This document shows positions 13,389-23,817 of a DNA stretch of 64,000 bases, piece by piece. Both the position numbers and the translations under genes were made by a program. The DNA is taken from positions 682,001-746,000 of the forward strand of contig MU004195.1 in assembly GCA_010093605.1 (NCBI GenBank), given 5' to 3'. Under the pieces are notes generated by a model that did no database searches, was not told the origin of the DNA, and worked only from the letters and a program-made list of their open reading frames with translations. Numbering within the stretch: position 1 is the stretch's first letter; each line of letters begins with the position of its first letter. The DNA is from Lophium mytilinum (taxonomy: Eukaryota).

Positions 13389-14399
13389 ATGACTACCATT
13401 TCGGCCACCCAAGGCTCATTCCCCACTGATATCTCGGAGATTCGAAGCAGGCTTCGATCCTGGAATCAAGTCAAAACGATGCGATGGGCATTAGGAAATG
13501 GGTCAGAGTCCGCTGAAAACCAACCCTCGAGTGCCATCCTTATCGCAATCGATTGCGAGTGGCACGAGAATGAACCCAGGGAGTTGACCGAAATCGGCAT
13601 CGCCATGTTAGATACTCGGGACATCCAAGGCCTGGAACCCGGTCCAAATGCGGAGAACTGGCTCGACAAGATCTGGTTTTACCATTTGCGAATAAGGGAA
13701 CATGGCCACATGCTGAATACTAGGTTCTGCCCTGGACACCCAGATGACTTCAACTGGGGCACCACCAAGTGGGTGACGAAAGCGGAAGCATCGCGCGCGC
13801 TTCATGACTTGTTCACCGAACGGGTCGAACCCCCCAAGCCAGAGCTCTGTCCTGTCGTTTTCCTTGGACACGCAGTTCATGGAGACTCCCAGAAGCTGGC
13901 AGAACACCTCCAGTTTGATATGGGTGCCATTGGCTCGGTAGTAAGTACGCTCGATACCCAGGTAATCGCCAATGAATGCGGCTACCGTGGTAGAGGAGAT
14001 ACAATCGGCCTAGGTCCGCTGTGCTCGCGATTCGATATCAGCCCAAAGCACCTACACAATGCAGGCAATGACTCAGGCTACACACTTATTACTGCCGTAA
14101 TGATGGGGCTAACTAGCGAGCAAAAGGAATTAGCCAAGGTTGACAAGCCTGTGGATAGCCTTATGACTTCGCTAATGGCCGCTAGGAAATCTTATAGGCC
14201 ACCTTCATGGGGAGTCGAGAGCTTCTGCACTCGCTGCGACCGCGTTGGTCACGTCCAACCTCAATGTAGGGCCCGAGTAGAGTGCTCCAAGTGCAAGGCC
14301 AAAAGCAGGAGAGGATACCGTAGCCACTCAACACATCGGTGCACAAGGGTGGAGCGAGTGTACGAATCGATGGACGAGTTTAACAACATCCAGTGGTAA
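13389..14399 (+). CDS. DEDDh exonuclease (Gfd2/YDR514C/QIP-like) with C-terminal zinc knuckle, paralogue 1
   Basis: ExoI AIDCEW...ELTEIGIA, ExoII FLGHAVHGD, LDTQ, ExoIII LHNAGND. C-terminal CTRCDRVGHVQPQC (CX2CX4HX4C) followed by CSKC...HSTHRC. No introns. Confidence 0.85.
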   Translation: MTTISATQGSFPTDISEIRSRLRSWNQVKTMRWALGNGSESAENQPSSAILIAIDCEWHENEPRELTEIGIAMLDTRDIQGLEPGPNAENWLDKIWFYHLRIREHGHMLNTRFCPGHPDDFNWGTTKWVTKAEASRALHDLFTERVEPPKPELCPVVFLGHAVHGDSQKLAEHLQFDMGAIGSVVSTLDTQVIANECGYRGRGDTIGLGPLCSRFDISPKHLHNAGNDSGYTLITAVMMGLTSEQKELAKVDKPVDSLMTSLMAARKSYRPPSWGVESFCTRCDRVGHVQPQCRARVECSKCKAKSRRGYRSHSTHRCTRVERVYESMDEFNNIQW

Positions 14400-15688
14400 T
14401 TCGGTACAGTAATCCCTTGTGTATGGCTTTATTTCTCTTGATCCATATTTCTCTTGATCCACGAAGCGGCCGCGGACATCCCAGCTTTTCTTAACGCTTT
14501 TTAGAATCGACGGGCTAAGCTGCCCGTAGTTCCTAGTAATCACCCTTCAATGAAAACCCACGCAGGTTCGTAAACTTGATAAGAACTAATTTGTTGTTGA
14601 ACCCAGTAATATCGAAAGTGAAAGGGTTTGAAAAGAAGGATATGGCTTACATCGAGGTACGCGACGAAGACTGAATTTTGACATAACAGCCTAGAATTCA
14701 TAGAGGCAGTGTACGCGGAGGACATTTGACACTATGCAAATGGCAGTCGAGCTGCGATTGTCAGCATACGGTGTCTGTCTCATCGGTCAATAATCGGTGC
14801 TCACAAGCTACGGAGATTCCAGTTCTTCGCGTCTCACGCTCAGTACCCATCTCCGTCCCGTGTTTCAACCAACAAAATGCCTTGGGCGAGCATTTTGAGA
14901 GTTCGGCGCCAAGATCAGAAGCAGCTCTCAGCGCATGAAAGCTCATCAGCATGCCCTAAGAACTCACTCATTGAAGGCATGATTGCTCAACGCCGTGCAA
15001 ACATGCTGCGGAGACTCACAATGAACCAAATAGCAAAGATATAGCAATTCGCACACGCAGCTAGGACCTAAGTATATTGCTTTCGAAGCGGGCAGCCGAC
15101 CATGCCATTCATATCGTTGGCTAGCATTTGCACCGTCGATATACTTTCAAACTCACCCAAACTATACCTGCGAGTCTTTCGGTTAATCTATTTTGTTCAT
15201 CGCTTCTACCCTTCGGTTCCATTCTATTTAACGAACGGTAAAGCATATATGAAACTCTCAAAGCCTGACTAAGAAGTACTAAAAGCATAGTTCAGATCCT
15301 GCACGTAACTACTGGCAGGGTCTGATCATCGAAAGGTCTATGCATTGCATTGTCAAGACCCTTTATTCTACATCCTGGTGTGTTTAACAGGGCTGAGTGA
15401 CAGCCAACATAAATATGCTCACGGACCAAGACCTTACTTTGCATCTGTTGTCGAAAGGATACTATAAAGATCATTGGTTGATGCTAATATATGGAACGAA
15501 AGAAGAAGCCTCCCTACAACGAGGTACTTATCAAAGCTTTGCTTGGACATTTCAACCTGGATCCCACCATGACAGTGTGGGCGGGGAAGTTTGGCGATCA
15601 GGTGAATGATCATTGAGCTCCGAGTATGAATGCATGGTGCCTGCAAAATCATTCACACTTCGAAACTCTCAAGCTGCTGGGATACCCC

Positions 15689-15705
15689 TATATAAATTAC
15701 CTCGA
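15689..15705 (+). promoter_or_regulatory. TATA box plus CTCGA, upstream of exonuclease paralogue 2
   Basis: TATATAAATtacCTCGA, 141 nt upstream of the ATG at 15830. Confidence 0.6.
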
Positions 15706-15829
15706 TCTCATGAATAGTCTTTACAAACCACAACACCTTCCACCACACCAGAAACACCAAACAAGCCACACCACCCAGTGTACCTCCAAAATCCACAAGC
15801 AATTCCCGTCTCATTTGCCAAACTGCAAA

Positions 15830-17161
15830 ATGTCCTGGGCGAGCATTGTCCGGAAGTCTCTCGAGGAATCAACGCCAGCATCGAGGCCACCAAATAGCTC
15901 GGCCAGCATGGCCACTGCTATTCGAACTCCGGCAGCCCCAGGAACTACTCCTGTAGTTCCAAAACTGGTTCCTGCGGTTCCAAGAATCCTTTCCAAACAG
16001 GGTTGCTTTGCTCCAGCCGCTCCTGGGAAGGTTCGCGATTTGAACGACAACTCGACATCCTCCACTCCCGACACGCAATCAGTTCCTTCAACTAACGACT
16101 CGGAATCGTCAGCATCTTCGAGCCTTCCTGCTCCCGGAGTAAGCCTCCTGAACCGGAAGTGCAAATTCCCTCAACTCCATGACCAGATGGTTGGCTTGAC
16201 GGACAAAGAAGCCATGCAGCATGCCCTAGAAATTAAATCGACTGAGAATGGGTCTACTGATATCGTCATCTGCGCCATCGACCTTGAGTGGCATGACGTC
16301 GAGCCAAGGGAGTTGACGGAAATTGGCCTTGCGATCCTCGATACTCGCGATTTCCACGGTCTAAAAGATGGACCGGGGGCGAATGGGGAGAATTTGATGA
16401 AGCAAGTACAGTTCTATCATTACCGCATCAAGGAGCACGGCCACATGGAGAACAAATATTGCATCGGCCACCCTGAACGCTTTGAGTGGGGTACTACGAT
16501 GTGGGTCAGCAAGGAAGAAGCCAAGGACATGATTATCAAGTACTTCACCCTTCGCACTAATGAGGCGGACAAGACGTCCGACCTACGACCCGTCCTCTTC
16601 CTGGGCCATGCGATTGGAAATGACGAGAAAGAGATCAAGAAAGGCCTCGGCTTGGACATGGCTGACCTCGGAACCATTGTCAAGACTGTGGACACACAGG
16701 TGATAGCTAGGAACTTAGGCCTTGGTCCGCGTCGTGGCAGGAGAACCATTGGCCTCGAGAGTCTCTGCAACAAGTTCAAGATCAACCCTACGGAACTCCA
16801 TAATGCAGGGAATGACATTGCATATTCTATGCTCTGCGCCCTCTTGATGGGTTACAAGGACTATGAGGTCAATGAACTCAGGGAGATCGACGATTACGAC
16901 GAGATACTCACATTGGCCACATCGAAAGTCAAGGAGGAGAAGGAGAAAATGACCCAACTAATCCACCGGATCAAGGAAATGGGGCGCTTGCAGAAGCAGC
17001 CGACCTACGGTGTTCGCAGATACTGCATTCGGTGCAGCGCCGAAGGCCACTTCCACGTCAACTGCCGCGAACGCGTTCGATGCCAGAAGTGCGAGAAGGC
17101 CAAGCAGCCATGGCGTACGGTATTCAGCCACCAGACTGATCGGTGCCTACGATATTACTGA
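15830..17161 (+). CDS. DEDDh exonuclease (Gfd2/YDR514C/QIP-like) with C-terminal zinc knuckle, paralogue 2
   Basis: AIDLEW...ELTEIGLA, FLGHAIGND, VDTQ, LHNAGND; CIRCSAEGHFHVNC plus CQKC...HQTDRC. Start placed at MSWASIV because the TATA box lies inside the longer ORF that begins at 15626. Confidence 0.85.
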   Translation: MSWASIVRKSLEESTPASRPPNSSASMATAIRTPAAPGTTPVVPKLVPAVPRILSKQGCFAPAAPGKVRDLNDNSTSSTPDTQSVPSTNDSESSASSSLPAPGVSLLNRKCKFPQLHDQMVGLTDKEAMQHALEIKSTENGSTDIVICAIDLEWHDVEPRELTEIGLAILDTRDFHGLKDGPGANGENLMKQVQFYHYRIKEHGHMENKYCIGHPERFEWGTTMWVSKEEAKDMIIKYFTLRTNEADKTSDLRPVLFLGHAIGNDEKEIKKGLGLDMADLGTIVKTVDTQVIARNLGLGPRRGRRTIGLESLCNKFKINPTELHNAGNDIAYSMLCALLMGYKDYEVNELREIDDYDEILTLATSKVKEEKEKMTQLIHRIKEMGRLQKQPTYGVRRYCIRCSAEGHFHVNCRERVRCQKCEKAKQPWRTVFSHQTDRCLRYY

Positions 17162-17720
17162 TTCTCCTGTTGCTGCCTGGTATAGACAGTCATTCCTCAA
17201 GAAGGGCATTTGGTAGCCGGCGTTCGATATTTTGAAGTATTGACAAGATCATGTCTTCGAAGAGCGATACCTTAGAGATTTAATCAGTACAAAGAGATGA
17301 GGCCGTGGCTTTGATTCCGAAACAATCCTCCCGTGGTGAGCTGCAGTGATGTTATGAATAAACCAAGATTTCAGCTACAGCTGAAGCCTCTGAGAAACTG
17401 ACTTAGCAGCATCTGTAAGGTGCAATCAATGAACGTGATGGCAAAGCATCTCGAAAGTTTGTTTTAGATCTTGAGGACGTAGGCTAGCATTGCCCTGTTT
17501 CTCGCCTTGTCAGAGCACTTTGTCTGGCCATCCATGGTTTGCTCGTGGATGGAGGTACATGTACATAAAAGAACCGGGCGGCGTCCAACATCGAGCTGCT
17601 CGGCGACCTGTCAGTCTGTATTCACCTGAAAACGTTGCATATCAAAGTGAACGCTCACAATGTCTGCCATCCACCACCCCGTCCACGTTATAGATTCACT
17701 TCGAGGGGCCATTCTGGGGA

Positions 17721-17737
17721 TATATAAATCAGCTCGA
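17721..17737 (+). promoter_or_regulatory. TATA box plus CTCGA, upstream of exonuclease paralogue 3
   Basis: TATATAAATcagCTCGA, 136 nt upstream of the ATG at 17857. Confidence 0.6.
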
Positions 17738-17856
17738 ACTTTGCGATGTATAACTCACCACAACTTTTCCAAACCACCAAACCCACCTCCACCATACTCA
17801 CAAGATTCTGGCAACCCTCTCTTTCAACCACAATTCCCACTTCATCTTCCGAGAAC

Positions 17857-18753
17857 ATGGCTGAGTGGGAGATCGTTACCAGGAAGCGCCGGCGCCCACA
17901 ACAGCAGAAGCCAGCCATGGAGCAAGCCACGGAGCAAGCCACGGAGCCAACCAAGGAAGAAGTATTCTCCTTCTCGAAGATGGACCCTGACAGTTTCCAT
18001 CATTACATGGTATGGGATAAAGAGGACCCATCGGTGGATCCAAACTCGAAGTTTCCCGAACTGTTGCGCAAGATGACAAAACTCAGTGACATCGGGGCTC
18101 TCCGTTACGCCATAGATTCTGGAGAAGATATGTTCATCAATGCCATCGATCTGGAATGGCACACTAGGCTTCCACACGATCTGATCGAGGTTGGCCTGGC
18201 AGTGCTCGACAGCCGCGACATTCGAGGCATGGCACCGGGCCGTAACGCAGAGAATTGGATGAAGAAGGCTTAAGTCTATCACTTCCGTATAGAGAAAGCA
18301 GGCCATCTCCCCAATACCCTCGCGAACTCGGAAGCCTTCAATTGGGGAAAGACGGTGTGGCTAAGCAAGAAAGACACCAAGGAGGCACTCATCCAGTGCT
18401 TTTCTTGGCCAGTGGACGATAGCCAGGGTGCCGATTTGCAGAAAGGCGAGAACGTCAAGCTAAGCCCCGTTCTCTTCCTTGGGCATGCCGTCGGCAACAA
18501 TACAAAGGAGCTAAAGAAAGCTCTGGACCTTGACCTAGAGATTCTGGGTACCATTATCAAGACTGTAGATACCCAACAGATGGCCGAGACCATGGGAATC
18601 GGGCCAAAGCGACGTTCACGCCGGGTCATCGAGCTTCGTGATCTCTGCTGGGAATCTGAAGTCTACCCGAAGAATCTCCATAACGCCGGGAACGATATAG
18701 GATGCATGGTAGGGGTTGATTTGATTTCGAGCGCCTTGGCTTTTGATGCATAG
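17857..18753 (+). pseudogene. disrupted DEDDh exonuclease, paralogue 3
   Basis: One frame carries AIDLEW...LIEVGLA, an in-frame TAA at 18271-18273, then VYHFRI...FNWGKT...FLGHAVGNN...VDTQ...LHNAGND. Similarity ends after HNAGND and no zinc knuckle is visible. Confidence 0.8.
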
Positions 18754-19450
18754 TATGGGTTGGGTCATTTTTGCGGATTCACGTGTACTCACGGTTTCCT
18801 TCAGCACCTCATTTATACGACAAACGAGATGGCTTTGCTTATAGTTATCGACATAGCAAGAAGGCGCTTTTTGGCCGTAGTCCAAACACCCGGAAAACTG
18901 GGAGCTATGTCCCTCAAAATTCCCGGTTATCTTTGCGGGTTACGAATTACGACCTTCAGATAATCAGAAAATCAACTTTTGAATGAACACGAGCCCCCAT
19001 GATGCAAATGAAAGTGCCATGAGGTTACTGACAGGGATCTGTTCCCCAGAACCGTTTTTGTGCCCATGCTTGTACGTCCCCACCCGGAGTGAACAAGTTC
19101 GTTCAGTGCTCACTGCGGCGGTGTCGTTCGAGGCAGTCTCAGCGCAGTATTTTCCTCCGTCCGTCCTCGCCATCTCCACGCGTAGGCGGCAGCAGGGCAG
19201 TCCATCGGCAACCGACCTCGGCGTCTGGGGGCCTTTTCCGTGTTCGGCGCCACCAGGTGCTCGGTCTGACGGGAACTTTGGTCCTGGGCTTGGCCTGTGC
19301 CGAAAGTAGCTTTCCAACCTCAACCTCGAGCTCCCGCCTGTCCCTAGGTCCTCTCCTCCATCCGCGCAATTGTGCTCTTCACCATCTCTCTACTCCGGCG
19401 CGCTCCTCACTCCCTCGTAGCATCCTCCACGTTCCTCACGTTCCTGCGCA

Positions 19451-20466
<1,016 letters not shown>

Positions 20467-20947
20467 GTCATTATGTAGCGGGTGGAGCGAGCGGCGAGAC
20501 GGGGTTTGGAAGCTTGTATCAAGGTGGGCGGTTGGGTGCATTGCCTTCTAGTAGCGCATATCCAGGATGGGGCGAGCAAAAGTTCTATCTATCTCGAATC
20601 GCGCCTTGGTGAAGGGTGTGCACATAGGTAATGATACGCGTCCTGTACTTGTAAAATGAATGGGCTGGCATTTGGGTCTCCTTGTGTAACTTTCTCTCGG
20701 GTGTCATTTTTCGTCTAGAGATGCGACAAGGAAAACATGATGATGCTCGTGCTGGAGGCGGCTCGACTTGAGGAAACCTCTCTAGTTTCACCGCGGGAAT
20801 GCCAGTTGCTCCTTCCTCCATGTTTACTTCTGGCACGTGACCTAATATTCCCGACGTCAACTCGCACATTCCCTCAATCTTCCTCTCGATACGCAGCTTT
20901 ATAATCTCTGTCGCTAGATCTTCTTCCACTGCTCAAATTCAGTTGCC

Positions 20948-22297
20948 ATGGCCGCTGCTGTCCGTCTGCCTAGCCAAACCAACCACAAACTCGTCGGCCT
21001 CGGCATCACCTCTTCTCCACCCCCGAAGGTAATTCAAACCACCTCTCTTAACACACGCAACTCATCAAAGTCTAGGCGCGTCCCCTTCAACCCATCCACA
21101 ATCGATCGCCTCGCGATCCTCGTGGCTACGTCAGTCCTGGACAAGAGTAAGAATTCTCCCTCTGTGTGCTGCCCCCTCCCTCTGTGTACTGCCTCCCCCC
21201 CTGTGTGCTGCCTCTCCCCTCTGTGCGCGGTCTCGTCATGAGCCCGTTACTACTAGTCTGCCATTGATTGAGGTTATCGGTAAGTGGCCGAAACAATGGA
21301 CTAAAGGTGCCAACCTTTGACCAACCTGTTACCTCTTCAGTGCATCAAACGTCAAGTAAGGTGACGCTGGTGTCATACTCTTTCACCACTTCCTCTAACC
21401 TCGAGCTTACCTACACATAGCAGGCGTCTCGATCGCCGAAACCGCCGCTCTAGCATACCGATTCGGACCACTACACCACACAAACCCCGCTCCACACTGC
21501 CGCGCACAATGATCACTCCAGCAACCCCAGAACTCGTCAAGCGCTCGCCCACTCCCTCGAACCACTACAGGCTTCCGCCCACTCCACCTCCAAAAGACAA
21601 CATGCTTTCCACCACCTCAGTAAAGAGCACCATCCGCCACGTTCCCTCCACCGACTCCTTCCACACCAGCATCACCCGCGCCTTTGACGAAGTCGACGGT
21701 ACTCTCCCTAGCGATTCCATCGCCAGCACCAGCGCGACCACGAACAACAACATTCCCCCGCATCGCACTGCCTCCCTCTCGTCCATCCGTCCTGTCAGCG
21801 CCATCAAGCCCCACGAATCTGACTACAACTACAAGTACCCCGAGGCCAAGGCACTGCCGCCTTCCCACATGCCAAAGTCGTGGAACGCCCAGCATGACCG
21901 CTATATCTGCGTGGCTGACGCCAGGGGTGATACGCTCGGCGAAATTGCGCAGGCACTGCGCGTCAAGTTTCCAGATATCGGCATGCCAATCAGTATGGGG
22001 TTAGTGGACAAGCGGCTGAGGACGCTGGACATGCGGCATGAGGGGTATTGGAAGGAGGGGCTGGGAACGGCAGAGGAGGGGGAGAGTGGATACGAGTCTG
22101 GCGTGAGTAGCGTAGCTGCTAAGCTGAACGGTGGCACTGGAGAGAAGGGAAAGGAGAGGGCTTCGGATGATAGGAGCGGTAGCTGTGGCAGTGAAGGAAA
22201 GCGGAGGAGCTCAGGGCTGCCAGTTCCTGTTGGTTCGAAGGTTGCGAGGAGGAGTCTTCCCCCCCGAGCGTCTTTGTCTTCTGACAGGAAGAATTGA
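20948..22297 (+). CDS. hypothetical protein with a C-terminal HTH/Myb-like segment
   Basis: ORF 21509..22297 (WNAQHDRYICVADARGDTLGEIAQALRVKFP...VDKRLRTLD) extends in frame to the ATG at 20948 through introns 21130-21340 and 21356-21420. The 5' exons are inferred. Confidence 0.65.
21155..21228. repeat. imperfect tandem repeat of about 21 bp (ccctctgtgtgctgcc..., 3-4 copies)
   Basis: Read directly from the sequence. Lies inside predicted intron 21130-21340. Confidence 0.7.
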
Positions 22298-23817
22298 GGG
22301 TCGGATGGGACTATCGCTTACGAGAGAGCTGACACTATCTGACATGGCTCAGTAAAATGGCATGAACGCCAACCGATCATGGTGGATTTGAGTTGTCTTC
22401 ATCTTGGAGCTTACGGAGCTGTCCATGATATTTTGGGCCTCATGGACGATGTGGGGCTGGCAAAAGCTTTACCCATGTGAGGGTCACATTGGGCAAAAGG
22501 GTTTTGCTCAAAATGGAACATGAGTGTTTCATACTTTCCCTTCTGATTGTTTATAGAGAAATTGAAGTTCATCACAGTGTATTCCCCTTGAAACTGGAAG
22601 TGAGGAGGTTCTGAAAGGGCACGGTGTCTAAATTCACTTGATATTATCCATGATGATGATACACCCTTACAGTCTACTCAGCAGGTAAGCTCACCGTTAG
22701 TATAATTACTTCGTAATTTACAAGATCTAAGAGAGGAAACCGCATTTGAGAACCCGGATCATTGACGTATCCCAAGTAGCTTTAACTCTTCTTGCGATGC
22801 ATTAGTACGCTATTGAATGATAAAACAATCGTTACGCCGCGGAACATCATCGCTGCATATACGAGCGCAATAAGGAATTTCAGTGCTCCGAAAGCTCCTC
22901 AGTGCTGATGTATTATTTGAGGGTAAACGTTGAGTATACCTCTATCCAGCCTATCAGAGCTCAGGCTGTGATGGTGCCAAGCACGCTAAGATCCGATCGA
23001 CTTGCTGCAACCCTTGGACCAACTCTCCTCCCTTTCATTTAATCGAGCGGAACCTCAACTCAACCCTGCGAGTTAGACACGCCTATTCCTCGCGTCTTTC
23101 ACACTCCTTGGATTATCTCTTCTTTCACTTATCTCGCTCTCGTCCTGATCATACGGCACGTGGTGGTAGCCCTGCGGCCTTTGGTGTTGCTCTCAACAGA
23201 GGTCAAGCCACGAACCCAAACAAAACTACAGAAGCGACGTACTATGGCCTTCCGTACTAGCTGAGCTCTCCGAGATACTGCTGCTGTCACGGATACGTCT
23301 TATTGACGCGATTTCGAGCGATTTCATTTCACTATTATCACCTCACTTATCTTGCACATTCCGCCGAGACTTGGTACCCCTACCCTCTCGGACACATTTG
23401 TTTCCCTACCTCAGCCCAGTATACGAACGCTCTGGAATATGGGTTGCTATTAATGCTGTAAGTTGACTTTTTGATATAAATTGCGTGCATGTTGTTTCTG
23501 TTCGATAATTCCACTGCCCTTTGGCCTTTTCACTTTGTCAAGATATCTCCTTCTGTCCGTAATACATTAACTCCTCTTCTATCACTACTATGGCCAGTCA
23601 AAGACGGCTCGTACAATAGTTCATCCAATTGGGCATGAGTTTGATGCTCGTTGTATGCTCAAAACGCACCACGAGACCGCGGTTCTAGTACATTTATCGC
23701 ACTTGATTATTGTTTATCTCAACAAGTACCTAAAGCTAATTGAATGCAGCCCAATATTTGGTCCTGATTCCTGATTGAAGTGCATAGACGCTCAGCGAGA
23801 CTGCTGACTCCGTCTCG

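Noticed and set aside
15626..15829. N-terminal 68 aa of the 511-aa ORF
   Set aside because: It spans the shared TATA box and a C/A-rich leader, so it is probably promoter and 5' UTR.
13389..17161. Retrotransposon Gag/RNase H origin for the zinc-knuckle ORFs
   Set aside because: No RT, integrase, protease or LTRs. The motifs are DEDDh exonuclease type (HNAGND).
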